A DNA stretch of 64,000 bases from Chitinophaga pinensis (GCA_945890895.1 CAMDDG010000001.1:37705-101704); one strand, 5' to 3'. Positions 19,056-29,653 are shown, numbered from the stretch's first letter. Translations and numbers: made by a program. Notes: generated by a model from the letters alone, not told the origin.

Positions 19056-21263
19056 ATGATTAAAAAGGTTTTACATATCGCAATTGGGTGTTTGTTGCTG
19101 AGGGCATTTCCCTTGGAAGCACATGTTGGTTTTCAGCATTTTGTAACAATTAATACAGAAATCAATAATTTTAATGCCGAGAACAACATACTTTTTGTAG
19201 ATAAGTCGGAAACTGCTGTTGTTTCGAATGTTGAATTTTGGAATAATAACAAAATCAATAACAATTCCAGTATCAAGGATCCGGTATGTTCATCCATCAA
19301 GGATCCGGTATGTTCATTCATCAAAGAACCGGTATTTTCCACTTTTAAATTGAATTTAAGCGATACTTCCAGCAGTGTTCCCCCCATCGATACGGTTTTT
19401 ATCAAAGTTCAACGTTCTGATTTTGCTGCTGTTGGAAGATTTAAATCCGTGATGAGCAATGAACTTCAAACCGGTTTACTGCATGAAAGATTAACAGAAA
19501 ATGCTACGTTTTTCAAACAGTACGGTGTTTCTGGTTCCTCAACGGTAAGTAAACGAGGAGCAGATGCTACTCAAACACAAGTAGTATGGAATGGTTTGCC
19601 TATCAATCATCCCATGTTGGGTATGACTGATTTTAATGGGATCTCATCGTTTGCCTTCAGTGAAATATTCCTCATCGAAGGTGGAAATTCAGCACTTTTT
19701 GGCAGTGGAAGTGTGGGTGGCACTATTTTTCTGAACAACCAATCCCAATTTGAATCGCCTTTCAAGGTTTCTTTACTGCTTCAATCCAATAGTCTAAATA
19801 ATCATCGAGTGGGATTGGATATCAAGAATTCATGGAATTTGAAAGAAAATAAACGCTTGTTTGTTCAAGCAACATTATCATCTGTCTACGACCAAAATCA
19901 ATTTCAATTTGACGATCGATTATCCGGACAATCCGAATTGCAGTTGAGAAATAATATTAATTCTGATCTGAACAACCGAAGTGGGAGAGTGGTGTTCGCG
20001 TTTAAGTCATCAAAATCGATGCAATGGAAATGGGTCACCGAACAAACGAATGTTTTCAGAGAATTAGGTACACTTTACGGTTCAACTAAATTTATCGGGG
20101 CGCAGTGGGATCAAAACACCCGGAGTATTTTGGAAATAAAAAAGGGCTTTGATCGCTGTGGAATCACCCAGAAATTGGGTTACACCAGAGATCATATTGT
20201 TTTTCAAGACGAAATGAACATCCCCCAAAACAGTGAAAATCGGGATACGAGTGTCGCAACTATGCAATTTGCACAAACGGAACTGTATTACAATCAGTCG
20301 ATTTTAGGTGATTTTATTGTTGGATTTGATGTTCAAAATCAAGTTGGGAAATCCCCTTATTTTGGTGGAAAAGAATTAATTAACACAAAACAGAGTCGAT
20401 TATTACCTGCTCAGTTTTTGGGATGGAAGAAAAAATGGTCAAAAATGGAATGGCTTTCCAACTTCCGTTTTGAGTGGCTCGAAAAAGTGGCAACTTATGG
20501 AGTAAGTGCTGAATATCAAATATTTAAACAGCAAAAATTGCGATTTGATGCGCATTCCCATTTTCGCAGACCTACCTTGAATGATCTATTTTGGTATTCT
20601 CCCGATGCATTAGCCGATGGCGTGAAGTCGGAAACCGGTTGGGCTACCGAAATAGGATGGAATGTGGAAAGTCTGAAAAACAATCAAAATAATCAAGCAT
20701 TGAAGTACCGATTTCAGTCGGCTTTGTATTACAGAGAGTTAAATAACCCCATCATTTGGACGCCGACAGGCGCGTTTTGGAGCGCTCGTAATTTTCATTT
20801 CGGAAAATACTACGGTATTCAGTCAGAAGGTAGATTATCAAAATCATGGAAATTGAAATCAGATCGACCATTTAGCGGTTGGCTGACATGTCAATTTGAC
20901 GTTGTGAATGCCCAAGTAAAACGGTCGGTTGAGTCGGAGTATTTTTTTCAAATTTTCATCCCCGACGTAATGGGAAATATCGAATTGGGAATTGCGACGG
21001 GTGCACATCGATTTTCGATAAAAGGATCTCATACGGGAAATAGGTACATACAGACAGACAATCAAAATTGGTTGCCTGGTTATCGATTGATCTCCGTGGA
21101 TTATCAATGGCGTACGGAGTTTTTTAAACAACCTGTTTTAGTGGGATTCGCCTTGCAAAATGCTACCAACACCGTGTATCAAAATATGCCCGGACGACCC
21201 ATGCCACCACGTTTTGTTGGTGCAAGTTTTCATTACCAATTCGCAAAACACAATTCCAAATAA
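19056..21263 (+). CDS. TonB-dependent receptor, BtuB-like, with an N-terminal extension
   Basis: The plug region contains RGADATQTQVVWNGLPINHPMLGMTDFN, followed by a beta-barrel ending ...ASFHYQF. It lies downstream of the B12 riboswitch. Confidence 0.8.
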   Translation: MIKKVLHIAIGCLLLRAFPLEAHVGFQHFVTINTEINNFNAENNILFVDKSETAVVSNVEFWNNNKINNNSSIKDPVCSSIKDPVCSFIKEPVFSTFKLNLSDTSSSVPPIDTVFIKVQRSDFAAVGRFKSVMSNELQTGLLHERLTENATFFKQYGVSGSSTVSKRGADATQTQVVWNGLPINHPMLGMTDFNGISSFAFSEIFLIEGGNSALFGSGSVGGTIFLNNQSQFESPFKVSLLLQSNSLNNHRVGLDIKNSWNLKENKRLFVQATLSSVYDQNQFQFDDRLSGQSELQLRNNINSDLNNRSGRVVFAFKSSKSMQWKWVTEQTNVFRELGTLYGSTKFIGAQWDQNTRSILEIKKGFDRCGITQKLGYTRDHIVFQDEMNIPQNSENRDTSVATMQFAQTELYYNQSILGDFIVGFDVQNQVGKSPYFGGKELINTKQSRLLPAQFLGWKKKWSKMEWLSNFRFEWLEKVATYGVSAEYQIFKQQKLRFDAHSHFRRPTLNDLFWYSPDALADGVKSETGWATEIGWNVESLKNNQNNQALKYRFQSALYYRELNNPIIWTPTGAFWSARNFHFGKYYGIQSEGRLSKSWKLKSDRPFSGWLTCQFDVVNAQVKRSVESEYFFQIFIPDVMGNIELGIATGAHRFSIKGSHTGNRYIQTDNQNWLPGYRLISVDYQWRTEFFKQPVLVGFALQNATNTVYQNMPGRPMPPRFVGASFHYQFAKHNSK
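19269..19340 (+). repeat. In-frame 3 x 24-bp tandem repeat inside the receptor N-terminus
   Basis: Units occupy 19269-19292, 19293-19316 and 19317-19340. They encode SIKDPVCS / SIKDPVCS / FIKEPVFS. Confidence 0.85.
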
Positions 21264-21264
21264 T

Positions 21265-22281
21265 ATGAAAAAAAATTTAAAAAAATTAGTACAAACATCA
21301 ATGGCTTTATTCGGGTTAAATGCTATCGGTTTAAATCAAGGACAAGCTCAAACACTTCCCATGAAAATTGCTACGTTCGAAGAATTTACATCAACACTGG
21401 CCCATGATGATGTTGAAGATGGCTCAAAAGGAAATACTAAATACAATTTTAGTGAGGGATTGGTTATAATGAGTACCAGCTGGGACACTAGTTTTGGCGG
21501 GTATTTTCAAAATGGTGGTTGGGCATTTTCACGAAAAAATTTCAATACTATTGAACCTAGTGATTTTTCAAAACACCTGTATGCTGCTGCTTCCGGCAAA
21601 GGGTATGATATGTCAGATGTTTATGCTATCGGTTCTAATTCTGCACATATAAAGTTAAATCGTGGAATGGATACAGGTTGGAATTTATATGAATTTCAAC
21701 TAAACAACACCACATTTGCCCGAAACTCAATGCTTTTAGGGGATGCTTTTGCGAAGAAATTTAATGCTTCGGATAAGGATTCCTTGGTTTTGATTGTAAC
21801 AGGTTTTTACAAAGGGGAGCTGAAAAAAAACAAACGAGTTATGCTCGCAGATTTCCGAGATTCAGACCCAGGTAAACACTTCATTTTAAGCAATTGGGAA
21901 CGGGTAGAATTTAATGCCATTGTTGATAGTGTGCGTTTTGATATGGAAAGTTCAGATAACAGTTCTTGGGGTATGAATACACCGGCTTATTTCGCCATCG
22001 ATCATATTGTTCTCTCCGGACCAGCTTCCTTAAACAAATTCAGTAATTTACCTTTGAAATTATATCCCAATCCTTCTAATGGTTTGGTTACATTTGAATT
22101 GCCTGCGAATGAACATCCCCAGAAAATAAAAATCAGCAGTTTGTGGGGTGCGTTTGTGTTGTGTGAAGAGGTAAATTCTACTCAGTTGGATTTGAATGAA
22201 CTTCCCTCAGGAATCTATTTGATTGAGGTAGAAAGCCAAGCTAATAAGCACTACGTTTCAAAATTGCAAGTGGTTAAATAA
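21265..22281 (+). CDS. DUF4465-like B12-locus accessory protein with T9SS C-terminal sorting domain
   Basis: I prefer the ATG at 21265 (MKKNLKKLVQTSMALFGL signal), which lies directly after the receptor stop codon. The ORF track start at 21160 overlaps the receptor gene. The C-terminus LKLYPNPSNGLVTFEL...GIYLIEVES is a T9SS tail. The DUF4465 assignment is from memory of the family. Confidence 0.6.
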   Translation: MKKNLKKLVQTSMALFGLNAIGLNQGQAQTLPMKIATFEEFTSTLAHDDVEDGSKGNTKYNFSEGLVIMSTSWDTSFGGYFQNGGWAFSRKNFNTIEPSDFSKHLYAAASGKGYDMSDVYAIGSNSAHIKLNRGMDTGWNLYEFQLNNTTFARNSMLLGDAFAKKFNASDKDSLVLIVTGFYKGELKKNKRVMLADFRDSDPGKHFILSNWERVEFNAIVDSVRFDMESSDNSSWGMNTPAYFAIDHIVLSGPASLNKFSNLPLKLYPNPSNGLVTFELPANEHPQKIKISSLWGAFVLCEEVNSTQLDLNELPSGIYLIEVESQANKHYVSKLQVVK

Positions 22282-22294
22282 AACGCTGTTTTAG

Positions 22295-23374
22295 ATGTTA
22301 AATAAAATAAGTGTTAGAATTTTGGGGATGCTTTTTACAAGCATCCTTTTCAGTCTGAATTCCTGTATTAAAGAACCTCCCAAATCATCAGGAAAAGACA
22401 ATCCTAATGAGTTTAATGGTACACGCGTTGTAGTGCTTTGTGAAGGAAATTACTTGTGGAATAATGCATCGATGGATGTTTATTTACCCGACTCACAGAA
22501 AGTGTACAATAATGTTTTTGAAGGGGCAAATCAAACGGATTTAGGTGATGTATTGCAATCTGCATTGGTGCTAAATGGGAAATTAAATTTGGTGGTGAAT
22601 AACAGCGGTAAAATCGTTCAAGTGGATTCTCGAACCTTTAAATTAACTCAATCGAGCGCTGGATTTACTTCTCCTCGCTATTTAGCATCTGCAATGGGAC
22701 AGCTGTTTGTATCCGATATTAAGTCGCCATTTATTGTAATTGTTGACTCCCAATCTTTGCAAAAAGTGGGTTCAATTCAAATCCCCGACCAAATTGTAAA
22801 CGGAGAATCTTACTGGTCCGAGCAAATGGTTGCTTCGGATTCATTGGTTTATGTTGCATTAGAATCGGGTAAATTGATGGTAATTCATGCACAAAAACAC
22901 ACACGGGAATTGATATCTGCAGAACCAGGTTCTACGCAAATTTGCATGGATTCCCAAAAACGAATTTGGTTACTTTGCTCTCATAACGGACAATCTGCTT
23001 TGTTACAATACCATTCCCAGTCCAAAAAATTAGAACAAAGAATTCCCATTTTACCCCATTTGAGCAACGTAAGCGCCACGAAAATGGTATTATCCAAGTC
23101 GGAAAATAAATTGTATTTACTTGTGAATGGAAAACTATATGCATTGCCGGTTTCCTCCAACATTCAAGCTCAAAGTATTTATAATATTGGAGTTGATGGT
23201 TTGAAAAATGCGTATGGATTAAACGTAAATCCATTCTCCGGTGATATTTATATTGCAGATGCTGTTGATTATGTTTCGAATGGGAAAGCCTGGGTATTGG
23301 ACTCTGATGAAAAAATGAAACAACAATTCAACACGGGCGTGATCCCAACAGATTTCGTTTTCTTAAGAGAATGA
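22295..23374 (+). CDS. YncE/DUF5074-like beta-propeller lipoprotein, possible BtuG-type B12-capture protein
   Basis: A lipobox is present (LFSLNSC). RVVVLCEGNYLWNNASMDVYLPD resembles the propeller family found in Bacteroidota B12 loci. Confidence 0.5.
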   Translation: MLNKISVRILGMLFTSILFSLNSCIKEPPKSSGKDNPNEFNGTRVVVLCEGNYLWNNASMDVYLPDSQKVYNNVFEGANQTDLGDVLQSALVLNGKLNLVVNNSGKIVQVDSRTFKLTQSSAGFTSPRYLASAMGQLFVSDIKSPFIVIVDSQSLQKVGSIQIPDQIVNGESYWSEQMVASDSLVYVALESGKLMVIHAQKHTRELISAEPGSTQICMDSQKRIWLLCSHNGQSALLQYHSQSKKLEQRIPILPHLSNVSATKMVLSKSENKLYLLVNGKLYALPVSSNIQAQSIYNIGVDGLKNAYGLNVNPFSGDIYIADAVDYVSNGKAWVLDSDEKMKQQFNTGVIPTDFVFLRE

Positions 23375-23413
23375 CATTTTTGTTGAGTATCTTTGTGGCA
23401 GATTTAGTTACCC

Positions 23414-24868
23414 GTGCCTTCCTTCTTGAAATTTAGAAACATCGACAAATTAATCCTACGGTCTTATATAGGTCCGTTCTTGGTTACATTTGTTTTGAGC
23501 TTGTTTCTTTTTTTAATGCAATTCCTGTGGAAGTACATAGATGAATTGGTGGGAAAAGGTATTCCAACAGGCGTTTTAATCAAATTGATAGGTCTATCAT
23601 TAGCTGATTTGGTGCCTATGGCTTTGCCTCTAACCGTAATGGTTGCTGCATTGATGACCTTCGGAAATCTTTCCGAAAGTTTTGAATTGGTGGCCATGAA
23701 AGCCAATGGCGTTTCCTTATTGAGAATTCTAAGGCCAGTTTTTTTATTCATGTCCGCCTTGGTCTTTGCCAACTTCTTATTCTTGAATTTTGTTATACCC
23801 AAGGCCAATCTTGAGTTTAAAGCCATGTTGCTGGACCTGAGGTCCAAAAAACCTGCATTCAATATCGATGCTGGACAATTTTATCAACAAATCGACGGGG
23901 TAGCCATACGAATCGGTGAAAAAGCAGAAGACAATGAAACAGTAAAAGATGTTCTCATCTATGAATACAAGAACGACGATTCCAAGCGATTGAATGTTAT
24001 ACGCGCAGAACACGGTAAAATGGTTATGTCTGCCGATCAGCGAATTTTGAATTTTACGCTGTACAACGGCGTGCGATACGAAGAAATGACCTCGGCTGAG
24101 TCGTACAAACGCACATTACCATTCAACCAAATGTATTTTAAAAAACAGCAAATGGTGGTCGATTTATCGAGTTTGGACTTTACATTTTCAGATCGAGAAC
24201 GAATGTCGACCGACTACCGCTTGCTCAATGTTAATCAGTTGTTTTTGGAAATAGATTCATTCAATATGCGTATGAAGAAGCATTATTTGGATAACCAAAA
24301 TTATTTAAATCGCTTGATTCATTACACGCCTAGTTTCCCCAATCCGGTTCCCGGGAAAAGTGCTAAAATTGATGATTTTCAATTGTTAAAAGATACTGTA
24401 ATTTATAATAACTTTTCAAAATCGAAGCATATGGCCATGAAATCATTGGCCGTATCATTGGCACGGGGAATTAAGGGCACACTGGATGGTTATGCATCAA
24501 CCGTAGAATTCGAGAAAAAGGATGTTGCCTTGTATCAAAGTGAGCTTCATAAAAAATTCTCTTATTCCTTTTTGCTCATGATGCTGTTCTTAATTGCAGC
24601 TCCCCTGGGTGCCATTATAAAGAAGGGTGGAATAGGATTGCCTTTGGTAATCAGTGTGTTACTATTTGTATTGTTTTATGCCATCAACATTACCGGCGAA
24701 AAAATGGGTAAAGAGTTGGTGGTGCCTGTGTGGTTTGGGATGTGGATGAGTACTTTAGTGTTACTCCCCATTGCACTTATAATTACTTTTCAAGCTTTGA
24801 GAGATCGTTCATTCTTTTCTGGGGGATTCAAACTCAGCTTGAAACCATTTAGAAAAAGTAAAAAATGA
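23414..24868 (+). CDS. LptF/LptG-family LPS export permease
   Basis: It has the YjgP/YjgQ layout: N-terminal TM helices, a periplasmic beta-jellyroll insert, and C-terminal TM helices. The ORF uses a GTG start; a TTG at 23426 is an alternative. Confidence 0.75.
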   Translation: MPSFLKFRNIDKLILRSYIGPFLVTFVLSLFLFLMQFLWKYIDELVGKGIPTGVLIKLIGLSLADLVPMALPLTVMVAALMTFGNLSESFELVAMKANGVSLLRILRPVFLFMSALVFANFLFLNFVIPKANLEFKAMLLDLRSKKPAFNIDAGQFYQQIDGVAIRIGEKAEDNETVKDVLIYEYKNDDSKRLNVIRAEHGKMVMSADQRILNFTLYNGVRYEEMTSAESYKRTLPFNQMYFKKQQMVVDLSSLDFTFSDRERMSTDYRLLNVNQLFLEIDSFNMRMKKHYLDNQNYLNRLIHYTPSFPNPVPGKSAKIDDFQLLKDTVIYNNFSKSKHMAMKSLAVSLARGIKGTLDGYASTVEFEKKDVALYQSELHKKFSYSFLLMMLFLIAAPLGAIIKKGGIGLPLVISVLLFVLFYAINITGEKMGKELVVPVWFGMWMSTLVLLPIALIITFQALRDRSFFSGGFKLSLKPFRKSKK

Positions 24869-26127
24869 ATATTCTGATTGTAGGCAATCGGGTACCATGG
24901 CCGGTTAGAGACGGTGGAGCTATGGCTACCTATCAATTGTTGAAATCGCTCAACTTTGAAGGTTGCAACGTTACTTATTTTACCTTGAACACCAAAAAAC
25001 ACTGGGTTTCTCAAAAAGAAATTCAAGAGAACTTACCCTTTGTAAATGTGGTTGCTGTACCACATCTTGTAACTATTTCAGCAATCGATGCTTTTAAGAA
25101 TTTGCTTACTTCACAAAGTTATTTCCTGTCTCGGTATCACAATCAAAAAGCCAAAGAACAATTAGAAATACTTTTAAAGAACAATGAATTTGACACCGTA
25201 ATCATCGAAGGACTCTACTCTTCGGTATTTTTGAGTACGATTCGTCAATATTTCAATAAATCGGTGGTATATAGGGCACACAATTTGGAGCATCAAATTT
25301 GGTCAAGATTGATAAAAACAGAATCCAATGTTTTAAAAAAATGGTACTTAAGTTTTCAGGTGAATCGACTCAAAAACGAAGAAGTGCAATTTATTCAAAA
25401 TGTGGACAAGTGCGTCAGCATATCCCCCGAAGACCAAAAAGCATTTATATATATCCAATCTCAGACTAATAGCAACATCTCACAGACAAACAACAACATC
25501 TCACAGACAAACAACAGCAAACTTGATGCACTTACGGTCAAAAGAAATTTTTTATATCTGCCGGGGATGGATCCTGGATTGATGGAAAAATCAAAATTGC
25601 AACCGGATTCATTGTTCCATTTGGCTTCTATGGAATGGGATGCCAATGTTGCTGGATTGGAATGGTTTTTATCAAAAGTATGGCCATTGGTGCTATCCAA
25701 ACAACCTGAAATGTCCATACATATTGGTGGTAAATCCTTAAAAAAATCAGATAAAAGGTATTTTCATAGTAGATTGATCAATCACGGTGAAGTGGATGAT
25801 GCAGCAGAATTTATGAAGCATCATGGAATTGGAATTGTGCCTCTTTGGGCAGGCAGTGGGATGAGAATGAAGTTGCTGCAAGCCATGAGTTTGGGTGTTC
25901 CCTGTGTGAGTACGTCGATAGGCGCCCAAGGATTGAATGTTGAAAACGGTAGGGAACTGTTAATTGCCGATAATCCTGCAGAGTTCGCAGAGGCACTGTT
26001 AAAACTGAATACAGATCGAAAATTTGCGATTGAAATAGGAAAAAATGCGTTGAATTACGTTATTCAGCATCATAATTCGGTGCAAAATACACGGGCATTG
26101 ATTCAATTTTTAAAGACAAACGATTAA
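24865..26127 (+). CDS. Glycosyltransferase family 4 (GT-B)
   Basis: The N-terminus MNILIVGNRVPWPVRDGG and the C-terminal region EFMKHHGIGIVPLWAGSGMRMKLLQAMSLGVPCVST fit the EX7E region. Confidence 0.8.
   Translation: MNILIVGNRVPWPVRDGGAMATYQLLKSLNFEGCNVTYFTLNTKKHWVSQKEIQENLPFVNVVAVPHLVTISAIDAFKNLLTSQSYFLSRYHNQKAKEQLEILLKNNEFDTVIIEGLYSSVFLSTIRQYFNKSVVYRAHNLEHQIWSRLIKTESNVLKKWYLSFQVNRLKNEEVQFIQNVDKCVSISPEDQKAFIYIQSQTNSNISQTNNNISQTNNSKLDALTVKRNFLYLPGMDPGLMEKSKLQPDSLFHLASMEWDANVAGLEWFLSKVWPLVLSKQPEMSIHIGGKSLKKSDKRYFHSRLINHGEVDDAAEFMKHHGIGIVPLWAGSGMRMKLLQAMSLGVPCVSTSIGAQGLNVENGRELLIADNPAEFAEALLKLNTDRKFAIEIGKNALNYVIQHHNSVQNTRALIQFLKTND
25474..25515 (+). repeat. Perfect in-frame 2 x 21-bp tandem duplication
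   Basis: aacatctcacagacaaacaac occurs at 25474-25494 and again at 25495-25515. It encodes the repeated NISQTNN. Confidence 0.9.
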
Positions 26128-26258
26128 ATCGATTTCACTTGATTTTCAAAACTTTAACAGATTTGTTTTTAAAGTTATGAACTTACCAGTTTGAGTTGAT
26201 TTAACCATTAAGCGATAAATTAAAATTAATTAAAAATCTAAAATATATATATAAACTA

Positions 26259-28034
26259 ATGAGCAACTCTAATAATAATAATACCAGCAATATTAAAATA
26301 CTATGGAGGTATTTGAAACCTCAGAATAACTTGGTTTTTTGGGCGTTGCTGTTAGCAACCGTGGCTCAAGTTTTTAGTTTAATTGATCCTTGGGTAGGTA
26401 GAAATATCATTGACCGTTATCTTACTAAGAAAGAATTGTTTAATGAACACGATTTCTTATTCGGTGTTTTGAAATGGTTGGGTATCGGTGTCAGTGTGGC
26501 TATGATTAGTAGAATTGCCAAGAATTTGCAGGATTATTTCGTAAATGTGGCCATACAAAAAGCCGGTGCAAAGATTTTTACAGATGGAATTAAACATACA
26601 CTTTCTTTGCCGTATTTTACTTTCGAAGATCATCGCAGTGGCGAAACCCTAAATGTACTTCAAAAAGTACGAACCGATTCTGAAAAGTTAATTACACTCG
26701 CTATCAATCTGGTTTATATTTCATTGGTGGGGATTGTGTTTGTCTTCGTTACTTCATTCACCGTACACTGGTTAATCGCACCTGTTTTTTTGGTGGCAAT
26801 GTCTGTAGTTGGGGTAAGTAGTTCAATGCTGAGCAAACAAATTAAAGTGGTTCAGAAATCCATCATGAAGGAAACCTCGGCCTTAGCTGGTACTACAACG
26901 GAGAGTTTACGCAATATAGAATTAGTTAAAAGTTTGGGCTTGGTGGCTCAAGAAATGGGACGTATTTCTTCCAATACGCTGAAAATATTGGGATTGGAAT
27001 TGCAGAAAGTTAAAAAAGTGCGAACATTGGGTTTTGTACAAGGCACAACGGTGAATTTAATGCGTAATCTGTTGTTGCTGTTCTTGTCGTGGATGGTATT
27101 TACCGGTAGAATTTCACCGGGGATGTACATACAATTCCTGTTTTACACATTTTTTATATTCAACCCCTTGCAAGAACTGGGAAGTTTTATTCAAACCTAT
27201 CGTGAGGCAGATGTATCTTTGGGTAAGTTCAAGGAATTATTGGAAATGCCGTCAGAACGAATTCCTGAGAATGCTGAGGTTTTGGGGGATGTTAATTCGA
27301 TTGAATTTGATAACGTTACATTCCAACACAAATCGGCAACCAAGCCAGCATTGAATCAAATTAGTTTCAAATTGAATTATGGTCAAACCATCGCATTTGT
27401 TGGTCCATCTGGTTCGGGAAAAAGTACTCTGGTTAAACTTTTGGTGGGGTTGTATTTGCCCGTAGAAGGCGATGTGAAATTTAATTCCATCTCCGTTCGG
27501 AATATCAACCGAAATGATATTCGTGTTCAGTTGGGATTGGTTTCTCAAGAATCTCAATTGTTTTCCGGAACCATTCGAGAGAATTTGCAATTTGTTAAAC
27601 CCGAAGCCACGGAAGCAGATTTGATTAAAGTACTAAAACAAGCCGCCACGGATTCACTAATGAGTCGTGCTGAAAAAGGATTAGATACTTCCATCGGAGA
27701 AGGGGGTATTAAAGTTTCTGGAGGTGAGAAGCAACGACTTTCCATCGCACGAGCTTTGCTTCGCAACCCAAATTTATTGATTTTCGATGAAGCAACCAGT
27801 GCATTAGACTCAATTACAGAGAAAGAAATAACCTCTACATTGAAGGAAATATCCCAAGAAAAAAATAGAATAAACGTCATGATAGCTCACCGTTTGAGTA
27901 CCATTATGCACGCTGATCGTATTTATGTTTTGGAAAAGGGTAGAATAGTAGAATCCGGCACGCACGAACAACTTTGTGAGAGTAAAGGACTTTACTACGC
28001 CATGTGGCGCCAACAAATAGGTGAGAACGACTAA
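26259..28034 (+). CDS. ABC transporter, fused permease/ATPase (MsbA-like exporter)
   Basis: Six TM helices precede a nucleotide-binding domain with Walker A GPSGSGKST, signature VSGGEKQR and Walker B LLIFDEATS. Confidence 0.85.
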   Translation: MSNSNNNNTSNIKILWRYLKPQNNLVFWALLLATVAQVFSLIDPWVGRNIIDRYLTKKELFNEHDFLFGVLKWLGIGVSVAMISRIAKNLQDYFVNVAIQKAGAKIFTDGIKHTLSLPYFTFEDHRSGETLNVLQKVRTDSEKLITLAINLVYISLVGIVFVFVTSFTVHWLIAPVFLVAMSVVGVSSSMLSKQIKVVQKSIMKETSALAGTTTESLRNIELVKSLGLVAQEMGRISSNTLKILGLELQKVKKVRTLGFVQGTTVNLMRNLLLLFLSWMVFTGRISPGMYIQFLFYTFFIFNPLQELGSFIQTYREADVSLGKFKELLEMPSERIPENAEVLGDVNSIEFDNVTFQHKSATKPALNQISFKLNYGQTIAFVGPSGSGKSTLVKLLVGLYLPVEGDVKFNSISVRNINRNDIRVQLGLVSQESQLFSGTIRENLQFVKPEATEADLIKVLKQAATDSLMSRAEKGLDTSIGEGGIKVSGGEKQRLSIARALLRNPNLLIFDEATSALDSITEKEITSTLKEISQEKNRINVMIAHRLSTIMHADRIYVLEKGRIVESGTHEQLCESKGLYYAMWRQQIGEND

Positions 28035-28108
28035 CTCAAAAGGGGCACGATTTAAATTAAAGGCGTAAACATAATCTTCATTGGTTTGGGTTGTTCCCGA
28101 GAATACAA

Positions 28109-28528
28109 CTAACTCAAGCTCATTTTGTAATGCGGAATTCCAGCCTCATAGAATAGTTCACCTTCGGCAATGAAACCGTGTTTTGCATAAAAAGGCTCCG
28201 CGTGCGTTTGTGCATGTAGGTAAACTTTTTGGTTGGTTTCACCAATTGAACTCAATGCAGTTTGTAGCAATGCAGATCCCACATCCTTTCCACGATATTC
28301 TTTTAATACAGCAAAACGTTCCATTTTAATACCATTTGGAGTATTTCTGTAACGGCATGTTCCACAGGGAATTCCTTGAAATTTTGCCAGAAAATGTATG
28401 CTGGAATCTTCGTGCTCGTCGTACTCCTCATTGGGATCGACTGCTTGTTCTAATACAAATACCAAACGTCGGATTTCAAAAATATCGATCATTTGTTGTC
28501 GGCTGCTTGCTTTAATAATCTCAATCAT
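28109..28528 (-). CDS. GNAT-family N-acetyltransferase
   Basis: The acetyl-CoA-binding motif region is present ([16 protein letters not shown]). Confidence 0.8.
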   Translation of the reverse strand: MIEIIKASSRQQMIDIFEIRRLVFVLEQAVDPNEEYDEHEDSSIHFLAKFQGIPCGTCRYRNTPNGIKMERFAVLKEYRGKDVGSALLQTALSSIGETNQKVYLHAQTHAEPFYAKHGFIAEGELFYEAGIPHYKMSLS

Positions 28529-28580
28529 CAGGAAAAATGGTTATTTTTGTCCAAAATTAACACCTTTTAAGAGTAAAAAA

Positions 28581-29639
28581 ATGGCTCAGACAAACATTGA
28601 ACAACTATTAGGAAAAGATGCAGAGTATCTTTTGAATCACAACTGTAACACTATCAGCAAAGAAAACATTCATTTGCCTGGTAGCGATTTTGTGGATCGT
28701 ATTTTCGCTCAAACCAATCGCAGTCCTCAAGTATTGCGCAGTTTACAAACACTTTACGGAAACGGTCGTTTGGCAAACACGGGTTATTTGAGTATCCTAC
28801 CAGTTGATCAGGGAATTGAACATAGTGCCGGAGCTTCTTTTGCTCCAAATCCAGCGTATTTTGATCCTGAAAATATCATCGAATTAGGTATTGAAGGTGG
28901 ATGCAACGCCGTGGCTTCAACCTACGGTGTTTTGGCGATGAATTCTCGTAAATACGCACACAAAATTCCTTTTATTGTTAAAATTAATCACAATGAATTC
29001 TTAACATATCCAAATAAATTCGATCAAATTATGTTTGGATCCGTTCGTGATGCTTGGAACTTAGGCGCCGCTGCGGTAGGTGCAACTATTTATTTTGGTT
29101 CTCCTGAAAGTTCACGTCAAATTATTGAAGTAGCTCAAGCTTTTGAAGAAGCTCATTCTTTAGGTATGGCAACCATTTTGTGGTGCTACACGCGTAATAA
29201 TGGTTTCAAAGTAGATGGAGTGGATTATCACGCTTCTGCCGACTTAACCAGTCAAGCGAATCATTTAGGTGTTACCATTCAAGCAGATATCATCAAGCAA
29301 AAATTACCAACCAATAACGGTGGTTACAATGCAACTAAACACGGTAAAACGTCTTCAAAAGTGTATACTGATTTGACCACAGATCATCCAATCGATTTAA
29401 CTCGTTATCAAGTGGCTAACTGCTACATGGGTCGCGCAGGTTTAATCAACTCAGGTGGAGAATCAAAGGGTCAAGGAGATATCGAAGAAGCAGTTTATAC
29501 AGCAGTAGTTAATAAACGTGCCGGTGGTTCAGGTTTGATTTTGGGAAGAAAAGCATTCCAAAAACCATTGAATGAAGGAATTGAATTGTTGAATTCAGTT
29601 CAAGATGTTTATTTGGATTCCAAAGTAACCATAGCTTAA
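28581..29639 (+). CDS. fbaB: Class I fructose-bisphosphate aldolase (FbaB/DhnA type)
   Basis: From the ATG at 28581 the product reads [20 protein letters not shown]...[24 protein letters not shown]...[10 protein letters not shown]...[17 protein letters not shown]...[13 protein letters not shown]. This is nearly colinear with E. coli FbaB as I recall it. The ORF-track start at 28398 is a spurious upstream extension. Confidence 0.9.
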   Translation: MAQTNIEQLLGKDAEYLLNHNCNTISKENIHLPGSDFVDRIFAQTNRSPQVLRSLQTLYGNGRLANTGYLSILPVDQGIEHSAGASFAPNPAYFDPENIIELGIEGGCNAVASTYGVLAMNSRKYAHKIPFIVKINHNEFLTYPNKFDQIMFGSVRDAWNLGAAAVGATIYFGSPESSRQIIEVAQAFEEAHSLGMATILWCYTRNNGFKVDGVDYHASADLTSQANHLGVTIQADIIKQKLPTNNGGYNATKHGKTSSKVYTDLTTDHPIDLTRYQVANCYMGRAGLINSGGESKGQGDIEEAVYTAVVNKRAGGSGLILGRKAFQKPLNEGIELLNSVQDVYLDSKVTIA

Positions 29640-29653
29640 TATTTCGTACATTT

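Noticed and set aside
21160-21264. N-terminal extensions of ORF-track entries 21160-22281 and 28398-29639.
   Set aside because: The extensions overlap the preceding gene or run antisense to the GNAT gene. Internal ATGs at 21265 and 28581 give a proper signal peptide and a full-length FbaB match, respectively.
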